Notes under the pieces: generated by a model
Told to the model about the DNA's origin: nothing
Database searches by the model: none
The model's input: the letters and a program-made list of their open reading frames with translations, nothing else
DNA from: a virus
Taxonomy: Duplodnaviria > Caudoviricetes
IMG/VR virus record: IMGVR_UViG_3300044982_000113
Span: 1 to 55,172 of that record
Length of the DNA: 55,172 bases
Strand: one strand, 5' to 3'
Program-made: the position numbers and the translations under genes
Shown here: piece by piece, positions 37,979-47,456 of the stretch
Layout of the letters: each line of letters starts with the position of its first letter
Numbering within the stretch: the first letter of the stretch is position 1

Positions 37979-38848
37979 ATGGTGAGGGTCTACACAGGAC
38001 CCTTCATCCGCGTGATTCGGCAGCTTCTGAAGGATTTCTCGGGAGCTGCCGAACCCGTAGATGTGGGGCAATGGCAGTCGGTCGACATCAAAGGCGATGC
38101 GTCAAGGGTCACTTGGGAGCTCAGGGAAGCGGTCCTGGCGATCGAGATGCAGTCGACGATCGATCAGGCGCAGCGCGAATACTCGCCGTCTCTGCCCTGG
38201 GCTGAGGATCACTTCCTCGAAAGGGTATCCGGCAAACCGCTGAACCCCCCGCCTTCCCAAGCTTGGTGGCCGTTTGCCCAGAACGGCAATGACCAACACA
38301 AGAAGGGTGGGAAGTTTTCCCACACCTACCCTGAGAGGTTCTGGCCTCGCTTCGCCGGCAAGGACCTCAACGTCACCTCGCTGCTGATCGATGGTGTGGA
38401 GCAGATCACTCCTCGACGAGGTATTCGATTTGCTTATGGCGATCTTCATGACGTCATAACTCGGATCGCCAAGAACCCCCAAACTCGACAGGCTTACCTG
38501 CCGATCTGGTTTCCAGAGGATACCGGGGCGCCTGACAGCGAGCGAGTACCCTGCACACTGGGGTACTTGTTCATGGTGCGGGGCGGTAAGCTTCACCTGA
38601 CCTACCACATCAGGTCCTGTGACTTCATGCGTCACTTCCGGGATGATGTCTACATGGCGGTGAGGCTGGGTCAGTGGATCGTCGAGATACTCGACCGTGA
38701 GTATGGACTCATGTTGGAAGTGGGTGAACTCACGATGCACATCGGATCTTTCCACATCTTCGCCGGCGATCGACCGATGTTGAACCACCTTCTTCGAGAA
38801 GCCCTCAAAGAAGCCAACCACGATCTCCTTAGGGGACTAGGTCAATGA
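37979..38848 (+). CDS. Thymidylate-synthase-superfamily enzyme, probably dCMP-directed
   Basis: TRQA, VPCT, RSCD and 'HIGSFHIF'; Asp at the E. coli N177-equivalent position. Confidence 0.9.
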   Translation: MVRVYTGPFIRVIRQLLKDFSGAAEPVDVGQWQSVDIKGDASRVTWELREAVLAIEMQSTIDQAQREYSPSLPWAEDHFLERVSGKPLNPPPSQAWWPFAQNGNDQHKKGGKFSHTYPERFWPRFAGKDLNVTSLLIDGVEQITPRRGIRFAYGDLHDVITRIAKNPQTRQAYLPIWFPEDTGAPDSERVPCTLGYLFMVRGGKLHLTYHIRSCDFMRHFRDDVYMAVRLGQWIVEILDREYGLMLEVGELTMHIGSFHIFAGDRPMLNHLLREALKEANHDLLRGLGQ

Positions 38849-39306
38849 GGCCCACGCGTGATCACATCCTGATGGGTTCCGCTTTGCTGTTCGCTCAGCG
38901 AGGAACCTGCAGTCGGGCACAGGTCGGGGCGGTGATCTCGGTCGGTAGCCGTATACTGGTCAGCGGCTACAACGGCGCACCCGCCGGAATGCCGCACTGC
39001 GATCACATCAGTTGCAGTTGCGCCACCAACTTGATTCAACACAGGTACTGCCCCCAGCATAGCCCCTGCACCCGAGCGGTTCATGCCGAGGCCAACGCGC
39101 TGGCTTTCGCCGCTCGTTACGGCGTATGTGTGGAAGGTGCCACGCTCCACACCACGAGGGTGCCCTGTTTGACCTGCGCCGGGTTGATCATCAACTCTGG
39201 TATCCGGCGGGTTGTCTGGGGCGAAGAACATCGAGACATGGCTGGACTGAGCCTCCTTGCCTCTGCCGAGCTAGAGGTGGTAGAATATCGCCATGCCGAT
39301 TTCTAA
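38845..39306 (+). CDS. dCMP deaminase
   Basis: GYNG, HAEANA and PCLTC motifs. Confidence 0.93.
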   Translation: MRPTRDHILMGSALLFAQRGTCSRAQVGAVISVGSRILVSGYNGAPAGMPHCDHISCSCATNLIQHRYCPQHSPCTRAVHAEANALAFAARYGVCVEGATLHTTRVPCLTCAGLIINSGIRRVVWGEEHRDMAGLSLLASAELEVVEYRHADF

Positions 39307-41872
39307 TCTCGATCCCGATGGGCGACCTATGTTGTCGTTGATCGGTAATCGATCCTGCACCGACTGCAAGCTCCAACGCAATACCGAGGAAGTCTGCGAG
39401 ATGGGTACTGGCCCTGGCCAGGCTCAGATCATGGTGGTCGGTAAGATGCCGAACTCGGACAGATACCAGCAGGCGCTGGAAGATCAACTGCTTGAGGTTG
39501 GCCTGAGCCCGAGCCAGATGTACTTCACCCAAGCCCTGAAGTGCCGAAACTTCGAGGACAATGCCAGCAATGCCGACGTCAAGGCTTGCCGGCAATATCT
39601 TGACAACGAGATTGCGGTTGTCAAGCCCTCACACATCCTGGCACTTGGTAACGAGGCATTGCTCGCGACCACCGGCCATTCTGGGATCATGAAGTACCGA
39701 GGTCGGGTAATCGAGAAGAATGGCTACACGGTCATTCCCACCGTATCCCCATCAGCGGTCTCGCGCAATCCTGGTCAACTGCCCGGGTATATGGCTGACC
39801 TTCGACTCTTCGCCAATGACTATCTCGGCAAGTCATCTGGGGTCAAGATTCCGAAGTATTCGGTGATCGACACCAAGAAGAAGTTGCAGGCGCTGAAGAA
39901 GATCCTCTTCATGACGAAGGAGATCAGCTTCGACATCGAGTCCACCATCAATCCGCTTGGGGAGTTCGACCCCGGCGCCAAGGTGATCAGTCTCGCCGGC
40001 ACTTGCATCGTCGATATGGGCGACGGCAAGGACAAGATCTTCGGCTTCGCTTTGCCGCTCTACCATCCCGAATCGCCCTGGCAACGTACCTGGCGATCGG
40101 TGCTGAGGTTCCTCAAGGGGGCTCTCGAGTCAATCCGTAAGGGGACTGCTCAGAACGGCAAGTTCGACTGTCGGTGGTTGGTGCACTTCGGCATCAACAT
40201 GAACCACACGTTCGACACCATGCTGGCCATCCACATGCTGAACGAGAATATCGCCAAGGGCCTCAAACCCAATGCCATGGCTCGATTGGGTGTACCACCA
40301 TGGGGTCGTGATACCAAGAACCTGCTGAACGACCCCCTCGCCGAGGTACTCGAGTATAACTTCCTCGATACCTACTACACCCACTTGCTGAAGAATGACC
40401 TGAAGAAGGAACTCGAGGAACAACCTCGGGTGATGCGCATCTTCGCCAAGTTGATGATGCCGGCAAGTCGAGACCTGGTGCACATCGAGCGTCGCGGGGT
40501 GTGGATCGACCTTGAGCGACTGCGCGCCAGAAAACCTCAGTGCGAAGCCAAGCTCGCCGAGATCGAGTCGAGCATCAGATCCTACCTGCCCGCGCAGGAC
40601 TCCGCCGATTGGCCGGTCGATGCCAAGGGTAAACCCCGTGACATCAACTTCAATGCCAGCATCTTCGCCAGGTGGTTTATCTTCGACTGGTTGAAGATGC
40701 CGGTGCTTGAACGGGGCAAGGAAAAACCCAACGGCGACCCCGGTGACCCCAGCATGGCGGAGTCGGTGTTGCTCCACCTCAAAGGCAAGCATCCGGCAAT
40801 CCAACTCATGCTCGATCGTGTGGAATGGCAGAAGAACCTGAGCTCGTTCTTCAATGCCTACGAGGTCATGCATGATGAAAACCACCGGGTCCACACCACC
40901 TTCAAGCTTGCCGGTACTGTCACTGGTCGACTCAGTTCGGGTAAGGTTGATGCTGAGAAGGTCGGGGGTAAGACGAACCTGCGCGGGGTAAACCTTCAGC
41001 AGGTACCTCGCGATCCATTCATCCGAGGACTCTTCGGTGCGCCTCCCGGTTGGACCTTCGTCGAAGCTGACTACTCTCAGATCGAGCTTCGTATTGCCTC
41101 GTTTATCGCCAATGAACGCCATATGAAGCAGCTGTACATCCAGGGCGCCGACATCCACATGACCACCGCTATGGCGGTGACCGGCTTGCCCAAGAACCGA
41201 ATTACCAAGGAGATTCGAAAGAAAGTCGGTAAGCCGGTCAACTTTGGGTTCCTCTATGGTATGGGGTGGAAGAAGTTCATCGAAACTGCCTTCAACAACT
41301 ACGGTGCGGTGTTCACCGAGTCTGAGGCCAGAGGGTATCGAGAAGCTTACTTCCAGCTTTTCCCCGATCTGATGAGGTGGCACGATCGTCAGCGACGTCT
41401 CGTAGCCAACCATGGGAGGGTGCAGTCACCCCTTGGGCGAGTGCGCCACCTGCCCGACATCTACTCGCCTGACAAGATGGTCCGGGCTGAGGCAGAGAGG
41501 CAGGCAATCAACTCGCCGGTGCAGGGCTTCGCCAGTGATATGGCCTTGCTCTCCATGACGATCATCAACGAGGAGTTCCGGCGCGAGGGTATCGCCGGTC
41601 ACTGCATCGGTCTGGTTCATGACGCCATCAACTTCGAGATCCGAGACGATGAACTGGCCAGGGCACTCCCCATCATCAAGAACACGATGGAAGACCCCGA
41701 TCCACTTCGACGTAAGTTTGGCACCGTGCTTGACATTCCCATCATCGCTGACCTGAAGCTGGGACGACACTGGGGTGACTCCCATGAGGTTGAGGATGCC
41801 TCGGTTATCTATGACGAAGAGCTATTGCGCGGATGGATGGAACAGAACCACCCCGCTTATGCTAGTCTTTGA
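39293..41872 (+). CDS. Family A DNA polymerase with N-terminal family-4 UDG-like domain and 3'-5' exonuclease
   Basis: UDG-like four-Cys domain; FDIE exonuclease; DYSQIELR, KPVNFGFLYG (Phe762 type), VHDA. Confidence 0.95.
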   Translation: MPISNLDPDGRPMLSLIGNRSCTDCKLQRNTEEVCEMGTGPGQAQIMVVGKMPNSDRYQQALEDQLLEVGLSPSQMYFTQALKCRNFEDNASNADVKACRQYLDNEIAVVKPSHILALGNEALLATTGHSGIMKYRGRVIEKNGYTVIPTVSPSAVSRNPGQLPGYMADLRLFANDYLGKSSGVKIPKYSVIDTKKKLQALKKILFMTKEISFDIESTINPLGEFDPGAKVISLAGTCIVDMGDGKDKIFGFALPLYHPESPWQRTWRSVLRFLKGALESIRKGTAQNGKFDCRWLVHFGINMNHTFDTMLAIHMLNENIAKGLKPNAMARLGVPPWGRDTKNLLNDPLAEVLEYNFLDTYYTHLLKNDLKKELEEQPRVMRIFAKLMMPASRDLVHIERRGVWIDLERLRARKPQCEAKLAEIESSIRSYLPAQDSADWPVDAKGKPRDINFNASIFARWFIFDWLKMPVLERGKEKPNGDPGDPSMAESVLLHLKGKHPAIQLMLDRVEWQKNLSSFFNAYEVMHDENHRVHTTFKLAGTVTGRLSSGKVDAEKVGGKTNLRGVNLQQVPRDPFIRGLFGAPPGWTFVEADYSQIELRIASFIANERHMKQLYIQGADIHMTTAMAVTGLPKNRITKEIRKKVGKPVNFGFLYGMGWKKFIETAFNNYGAVFTESEARGYREAYFQLFPDLMRWHDRQRRLVANHGRVQSPLGRVRHLPDIYSPDKMVRAEAERQAINSPVQGFASDMALLSMTIINEEFRREGIAGHCIGLVHDAINFEIRDDELARALPIIKNTMEDPDPLRRKFGTVLDIPIIADLKLGRHWGDSHEVEDASVIYDEELLRGWMEQNHPAYASL

Positions 41873-41897
41873 CGACTGAGCCAGAGATTGGTATGAT
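41869..41897 (+). promoter_or_regulatory. Promoter
   Basis: TTGACG-N17-TATGAT. Confidence 0.7.
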
Positions 41898-41915
41898 GAG
41901 CTAAAGGAGGCCATC

Positions 41916-42137
41916 ATGCCTAAGAAGCAGCGAAAGCGGGCACTCTGCAGGACGACTGGTAAGCCGATGTACAAGGATCGTATCCAGGCTGACTTGATCC
42001 TGCAGATGCTGGAGAAGAACCGGCGTCGACCGAGCTATGAACTCAAGAGGTCCTACCCTTGCGAGTTCTGCAAGTCGTGGCACCACACGACCCAGGAACA
42101 AGATCGAGGTCGGCGAACCATGAGTCATTCCGCCTAA
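41916..42137 (+). CDS. Small basic zinc-finger-like protein
   Basis: RBS AAGGAGG; 'YPCEFCKSWHHT'. Confidence 0.75.
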   Translation: MPKKQRKRALCRTTGKPMYKDRIQADLILQMLEKNRRRPSYELKRSYPCEFCKSWHHTTQEQDRGRRTMSHSA

Positions 42138-42199
42138 CCTTGCCTAGTTCCTTCTCGGCATATATGATCGACTAATCACTGACCGAGGAGGATTTGCTC

Positions 42200-43261
42200 G
42201 TGCCTGGGCTTTACTATGATGAGCGAGTGGGCAAGGAAGTCGTCACCCACTCCATGATCAAGACGTTTAGACGGTGTCCCCGTCAAGCGTTGTACAAGTA
42301 CCAGGAACGACTCAAGCCGAAGGTGGTGGCCAAGCCGCTCAAGCGCGGAACCTGGATGCACTACCTGCTTGAGGAGCACCACGCCGGTCGAGACTGGCGA
42401 AAGAAACATGCCGAACTCTCGAACAAGTACAACGAACTGTTCGATGAGGAGAAGGACTTCTACGGCGATCTGCCGACCGAGTGCCTGGCACTCATGGAGT
42501 CCTATATCTGGCATTACAAGGCTGATCCCTGGAACGTGCTTGAGACTGAGTTCACGGTCGAGGCTGACTTCCCGGATGGTACCCTGTACCGGGGCAAGGT
42601 CGATGCACTGATCGAGAATGCCTTCGGCCTATGGATCGTCGACCACAAGACCCATGCAGTTCTGCCTGACCAGACATTCCGACTTCTCGATGCCCAGTCG
42701 GCATTGTATATCTGGGCAGCTCGGAAGATGGGCATCGAGGTTCAGGGCTTCATCTGGAATTACCTCAAGACCAAGGCGCCGGCTGAACCTCGGTTGCTCA
42801 AGGATGGTTCGAGGTTGTCGCTGAAGCTGGGTGACACCGACTGGGTGACCTACACCAAGACTCTGAATCGACTCAAAGAGGAACGGGGTTACAAGATCAC
42901 CCGGGCCAACGTCGAGTTTGCCAACCGGCTCAAGGGGGATCGCTATGTACCCGGCGAGCCCCAGGTCTCACCCTTCTTCCGACGTGACATTCTGGAGAAG
43001 GATGAGGGTATGCTGAAGCGGGTGGCCGCGGAAGCCTATCATACCGCTCGACGCATGGCGCGATACCCCTTCACCCAAAGGGATATCGTAGAGAGGGTCG
43101 TGGATCGCGGGTGCACCTTCACCTGCTCATACCGCGACCTCTGCACCGCCGAGCTCATGGGAGGCAACACGACCTACATTCTGGGCAAGACGATGAAGGT
43201 CGGCGACCCTCAGGATTACTACGAGGACCGCGCTGGCGAGCAGAGGGGTACTCCGGAATAA
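42200..43261 (+). CDS. PD-(D/E)XK Cas4/RecB-like exonuclease
   Basis: 'SMIKTFRRCPR', 'GTWMH', 'GKVD..IVDHKT' and C-terminal Cys cluster. Confidence 0.88.
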   Translation: MPGLYYDERVGKEVVTHSMIKTFRRCPRQALYKYQERLKPKVVAKPLKRGTWMHYLLEEHHAGRDWRKKHAELSNKYNELFDEEKDFYGDLPTECLALMESYIWHYKADPWNVLETEFTVEADFPDGTLYRGKVDALIENAFGLWIVDHKTHAVLPDQTFRLLDAQSALYIWAARKMGIEVQGFIWNYLKTKAPAEPRLLKDGSRLSLKLGDTDWVTYTKTLNRLKEERGYKITRANVEFANRLKGDRYVPGEPQVSPFFRRDILEKDEGMLKRVAAEAYHTARRMARYPFTQRDIVERVVDRGCTFTCSYRDLCTAELMGGNTTYILGKTMKVGDPQDYYEDRAGEQRGTPE

Positions 43262-43301
43262 CATCCCACACCATCCTGTCAGTGCAACACTAGGGGAGAC
43301 C

Positions 43302-43502
43302 ATGTTCGAGCTCAAGTATAACCTCAAGCGCCGCACCGAAAAGGCCGCCATGGCTTTGGTGTGGAAGCTGCCCAAGAAGTTCGTCATGTGGTGCGCGATC
43401 CGAGTGATCGCCAACGCCACCACGGGGAAGTACAGCAACCAGGTTGTTCCCGACCTGACTGCCATGGAGGCGCTGGCGCGCTGGGAGCCGGCGAATGGCT
43501 GA
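43302..43502 (+). CDS. Hypothetical protein
   Basis: RBS GGGAG. Confidence 0.7.
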   Translation: MFELKYNLKRRTEKAAMALVWKLPKKFVMWCAIRVIANATTGKYSNQVVPDLTAMEALARWEPANG

Positions 43503-44301
43503 GAAAGACTACAGCGCCATCGCCAAACGTCGGATCACTCGACCGGCGGACATCCAGCGGTTGCCGAAGTTCCACATCTACGCCCGACAGAAGAAGGGCA
43601 AGTCGACCTTCAGCTGCTCGGCGGGTGTGGAAAAGACACTCATCCTGGACCCCGAGCACGGCACCGACACCATGAAGACCAAGAACCCCCACGTCTGGCA
43701 CATCGAGAGGTGGGAAGACCTGGATGAGGCTTACAACTTCATCCGATCTGGGGATCACAACTATGAGTGGGTCTCGGTCGACGGTCTCACGAAGCTCTCC
43801 CAAATGTCGCTGAAGTACACCATGAGGTTGCAGGAAGAACGGTCGATCGACCGAATCCCCGGTCAGGTGCAGCAACGCGACTACGGTAAGGCCGGCGAGG
43901 TCATGAAGACCATGCTGACCAACTTCCACAACCTGCCGCAGGGGGTCATCTTCACCTCCCAGGAGCGGATGCAGGACGGTTTCAATGCCGAGGAGGACGA
44001 GGAGGCAGAAGAGACCGCTGCGGAGTTCGTCCCGGATCTTCCCAAGGGGGTTCGTGGCTACGTCAATTCACTGGTTGATGTCATCGGTCGACTTTACGTC
44101 GTCAAGGTGGAGAGCGCCCGGAACCCTGAGAAGATGGTCGTGCAGCGACGGCTTTGGGTTGGGGAGTCGGTGAAGTATGACACCGGCTACCGATCCGACT
44201 TCACCTTGCCCGACATGGTCAAGATGCCCACGATCCCCAAGTTGGTTCAGTTGATTGAGGAGGGACAGCCCGCAACCAAGAAGAAGGTTGCTGCCAAGTA
44301 A
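43495..44301 (+). CDS. Sak4-like AAA ATPase / recombinase
   Basis: 'YARQKKGKST', 'LILDPEHG', 'VSVDGLT', 'DYG'; lies between exonuclease and SSB. Confidence 0.85.
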   Translation: MAEKDYSAIAKRRITRPADIQRLPKFHIYARQKKGKSTFSCSAGVEKTLILDPEHGTDTMKTKNPHVWHIERWEDLDEAYNFIRSGDHNYEWVSVDGLTKLSQMSLKYTMRLQEERSIDRIPGQVQQRDYGKAGEVMKTMLTNFHNLPQGVIFTSQERMQDGFNAEEDEEAEETAAEFVPDLPKGVRGYVNSLVDVIGRLYVVKVESARNPEKMVVQRRLWVGESVKYDTGYRSDFTLPDMVKMPTIPKLVQLIEEGQPATKKKVAAK

Positions 44302-44395
44302 GGAATGAAGGGCCGTCCGGAAGTTGCTCTAGCGCTGCCCGGGCATATAGGGTGATCAAGTACTCAACCGCATGACCGAGGAAGGCTGCCAACAC

Positions 44396-45049
44396 ATGGC
44401 AACGCAGGACAAGAAGGAAACCGTCACGACTCATGTCGTTGACTTCACCAACGTGAAGGACGGCGGTGCTAGCTTCAACAAGAAGCGGGTGCCCGCCGGC
44501 GACTACCTCGCGAAGGTCACGAAGGTCCAGGACGCGCCGTCCAAGGCCGACGGGATCCACCAGTGGTTGTACACCGTGGAGCTCCAGCAGGCCCACACCG
44601 ATCGCAAGTTCCCGTACTACTGCAAGCTCCAGGAGAACCAGCTCTGGAAGCTGCGGAACCTCTTCCTCGCGGCCGGCATCGTGGTGCCCAAGAAGAAGGT
44701 CCGGGTCGACCCGTCCAAGATCATCAACAAGCTGATCGGCGTCACACTCGAGGACGACGAGTACGACGGTAAGATGCAGTCCAACATCGCCGCGGTCTTC
44801 CCCGCCAGCGAACTCGAGGACTCGGACACCGACGAGGACACCGAGGACACCGAGGAGGAGGAAGAGGAGGAAGAGGACACCGACGACGGCGAGGAGGAGG
44901 AAGACGAGGAGGAGGAAGAGGAGCCCGAGCCGGCGCCGAAGAAGGTCGCCGCCAAGAAGGCTGCTCCCGCCAAGAAGGCTGTCGGCAAGAAGAAGCCGGC
45001 GCCCGTCGAGGATGACGAGATGGAAGAGCTTGACCTCGACGACCTCTGA
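44396..45049 (+). CDS. ssDNA-binding protein (DUF669-like) with acidic/PAKK tail
   Basis: 'VPAGDYLAKV', 'LWKLRNLF.A.G', 'EYDGK'. Confidence 0.8.
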   Translation: MATQDKKETVTTHVVDFTNVKDGGASFNKKRVPAGDYLAKVTKVQDAPSKADGIHQWLYTVELQQAHTDRKFPYYCKLQENQLWKLRNLFLAAGIVVPKKKVRVDPSKIINKLIGVTLEDDEYDGKMQSNIAAVFPASELEDSDTDEDTEDTEEEEEEEEDTDDGEEEEDEEEEEEPEPAPKKVAAKKAAPAKKAVGKKKPAPVEDDEMEELDLDDL

Positions 45050-45196
45050 TCTACCCTCCAACTTCGCCTTGACATCTCACAGTCCGAGATGAGACGATAG
45101 GCACGCAAAACTTGGGCGGTCCGACCACACAAATCCCTCCTCGGTCAAAGGTTCGGGGTGGTCGGACCGCCCATCCTTGTAGCGACTGGAGAATGT

Positions 45197-45679
45197 ATGT
45201 CGACTCAGCCTGAGGCCAGGATCAGCAAAGCCATCATGGCTGCCCTCAGAGCCCGCGGAATCTTCTGCTTCAAGGTCCACGGCAGCGCCGAGCAGATGAC
45301 CGGTTTGCCCGATATCCTCGCCTGTGTGGAAGGACGGTTCGTTGGATTCGAGACAAAGATGCCGGATAAGCGGCAAAACGTCTCGGCTCGGCAGATCATC
45401 GTGCACAAGGCGATCCAAGCCTCACAGGGCATTGCGGTTGTAGTCTGCGGCGTCAAGGAAGCAATGGGCATCGTCGATGAATTGCACCTTGCCGCCAAGC
45501 GCCGCATGATCCTAGGGACGCCTGAGGTCACCGCGCTTATCGCCGACCTTCAAACTCTGATCTCCACACGAAAGCCTGATGGGCCGGTCAGGACAGCGTC
45601 GCGCGCGGCGGCGATCGCCGAGGGTGAGATCAACGGGCTGAACATGGCAATCCGTATACTGAAGGGAGAACAACCATGA
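45197..45679 (+). CDS. VRR-NUC nuclease / Holliday junction resolvase-like
   Basis: 'GLPDILAC..GRFVGFETK'. Confidence 0.88.
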   Translation: MSTQPEARISKAIMAALRARGIFCFKVHGSAEQMTGLPDILACVEGRFVGFETKMPDKRQNVSARQIIVHKAIQASQGIAVVVCGVKEAMGIVDELHLAAKRRMILGTPEVTALIADLQTLISTRKPDGPVRTASRAAAIAEGEINGLNMAIRILKGEQP

Positions 45680-45780
45680 CTCTACCCGACGCTATCGTGG
45701 CCTGCTTTGCCATCGTCGGCTTGGTGATCGTGATCTGCGTGGCGATTATCGGACTCAGTATCATCAAGAAGGACAAGTAA
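45676..45780 (+). CDS. 34-aa membrane peptide
   Basis: ATGA overlap; RBS GGAG; single TM helix. Confidence 0.6.
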   Translation: MTLPDAIVACFAIVGLVIVICVAIIGLSIIKKDK

Positions 45781-45787
45781 CACCAAT

Positions 45788-45822
45788 GCGCCCCACCCAG
45801 TCGATATGACCCGGTGGGGCGC
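45788..45822. terminator. Hairpin between convergent units
   Basis: GCGCCCCACC...GGTGGGGCGC. Confidence 0.65.
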
Positions 45823-45829
45823 GAGGGTG

Positions 45830-45988
45830 TCAGTGCTGGTGACCGCAAGGCCACCGACCGGCACCCATGATCATGATGGGCTGAACCAAGTGACCCGCGT
45901 TGTACCCCTGCTTGGCCCAGATGGGGCAGTCACCGATCCATTCGGTGCCGTCCGGCCAGATGATCTTCCAACCCCTGCGGATCTTCAT
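45830..45988 (-). CDS. 52-aa hypothetical protein (not in the ORF track)
   Basis: MKIRRGWKIIWPDG...; RBS GAGG. Confidence 0.55.
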   Translation of the reverse strand: MKIRRGWKIIWPDGTEWIGDCPIWAKQGYNAGHLVQPIMIMGAGRWPCGHQH

Positions 45989-46003
45989 GGTTGAACCCCT
46001 CAG

Positions 46004-46162
46004 CTAGAGTCGACGGTGGATCGAGAAGGTCTTGGTGCCCCGAGAGTTGATCGTCAGGTGTGGACCACCCTTGGGTCCGATGGTCACCGAGGTCGATCGG
46101 GTGTTCAGGTTGACCCTGACCCAGGGAAAGACGGTGATGGAGTCCCGGATGCGAAGTGTCAT
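46004..46162 (-). CDS. DUF4236-like 52-aa protein (not in the ORF track)
   Basis: MTLRIRDSITVFPWVRVNLNTRSTSVTIGPKGG...; TGATG overlap. Confidence 0.65.
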   Translation of the reverse strand: MTLRIRDSITVFPWVRVNLNTRSTSVTIGPKGGPHLTINSRGTKTFSIHRRL

Positions 46163-46434
46163 CAGGCCCTCAAGGCGTGGGTGGCAAGTGAGATGAGCAT
46201 GATGCTGGGCAGCTGGTGTGAGACGAAGGCGGAGATCTGCTCACCCAGTCGGATGTCGGTGCGGGCATCCATGGACTGCAGTCGAACCCAGCCGCGACCC
46301 TCGACCTGACGGTAGCAGCTCCAACCGTTTTCCGGGAACATCACGGGGCGCTTGTCATTGCGCTCCCACATGAGCCGGATGTCGGGACCATCCTCACGAC
46401 CGACTCGGTCGATGATGATCTTGTCGTGTTCCAT
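46162..46434 (-). CDS. Hypothetical protein
   Basis: Behind promoter TTGACA-N18-TAGTAT (46501-46472). Confidence 0.75.
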   Translation of the reverse strand: MEHDKIIIDRVGREDGPDIRLMWERNDKRPVMFPENGWSCYRQVEGRGWVRLQSMDARTDIRLGEQISAFVSHQLPSIMLISLATHALRA

Positions 46435-46650
46435 GTCAACCCTTCTATTGGGTCAATTGGTCAGTAATTAGATACTAGGGCATACGGGGGCATGATGTCA
46501 AGGTGAAATGCCTCAAGTCCTGATGGCTTCTCTAAGCGATGGGCTCATCGAGTGCATGAAATTGGGCCCATCATGGGGTGCCGCTCGATTAGAATTGATC
46601 CCAGCTATCTCTGAGGCATGGTGATGCACGATGATGCAGGGGGTGACACC

Positions 46651-46673
46651 AAAAAGCCCCGCTAAAGCGGGGC
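46651..46673 (-). terminator. Intrinsic terminator
   Basis: GCCCCGCT-TT-AGCGGGGC-TTTTT. Confidence 0.75.
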
Positions 46674-46678
46674 CTTGG

Positions 46679-46873
46679 CTACTTATGATGATAACAGGGA
46701 TCTCTGGCAATGCCGGCTTGTTTGACGATCTGTTGAATAACCCCATAACTCCCCCGACCGTACTTGTTCTTGATGTATCGGGTTACCTGGGTTAGGGATT
46801 TACCCTGCTGGTATTCCCGAAGAACATCCCTTCGGATCATAGCCCGAAGAAGCGGGGGATATGGTGCCGGCAT
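46679..46873 (-). CDS. Small HTH protein
   Basis: 'YQQGKSLTQV...SYGVIQQIVKQAG'; RBS AGGAGG. Confidence 0.7.
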   Translation of the reverse strand: MPAPYPPLLRAMIRRDVLREYQQGKSLTQVTRYIKNKYGRGSYGVIQQIVKQAGIARDPCYHHK

Positions 46874-46881
46874 ATGTCCTC

Positions 46882-47337
46882 CTAGGGCTGGTAAGCCATT
46901 GTGCGACTGAGTACCCGGTCGGCGGCGTCCTTGGCACTGAAACCGACCTGGTAGTAGACGGTCCAGGATTTTTCGGGTTCGTTGCAGGTGTCGTGCTTGA
47001 CGTCGGCGACCTCGACCATGTACTTGTCCACCTCAGCGAGGTAGTTGTAGAAGTCGTGAGTGTGCTTGTTGGCGAGACGACCCATCTCGTCGATGAGTTC
47101 CTGGTCATCAAAGAGCTGACCGAGAACCTCCACCCGGTTGGTCAGGATCTGCTCCCTGCGGTGCTCCCACACCAGGCGGTCTCGACCGTGGCGGGTGAGG
47201 TGGCGCAGGGAGGAGTTGCAGCCCTGTTCCTTGCAAGAAGCGACGTAGATGATCATCTTCTCGCCGTTGACGGCGCCGGTGGTCATGTAGTACCTCTGAG
47301 TGTGGAAGGTGAGGTCGGGCAGCTGGTGAAGGGTCAT
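46882..47337 (-). CDS. Hypothetical protein
   Basis: RBS GAGGAGG. Confidence 0.75.
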   Translation of the reverse strand: MTLHQLPDLTFHTQRYYMTTGAVNGEKMIIYVASCKEQGCNSSLRHLTRHGRDRLVWEHRREQILTNRVEVLGQLFDDQELIDEMGRLANKHTHDFYNYLAEVDKYMVEVADVKHDTCNEPEKSWTVYYQVGFSAKDAADRVLSRTMAYQP

Positions 47338-47456
47338 TCCATCCTCCTCGGTCGAAGTGATGGGGCAATAGTACCGCCTCCCGATTTGCCGCGCAATAGC
47401 CGGATACACACCACGAAAGGCGGCCTGGCAAGAGCCGCCTTCCAGTTGGATCGACT

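Noticed and set aside
37979-38848. Labelling the gene thyA
   Set aside because: Asp at the specificity position and the atypical RHFRDD segment argue against a standard dUMP methylase
42200-43261. Cas4-like nuclease as a CRISPR component
   Set aside because: It sits in the usual exonuclease-Sak4-SSB recombination module, with no array nearby
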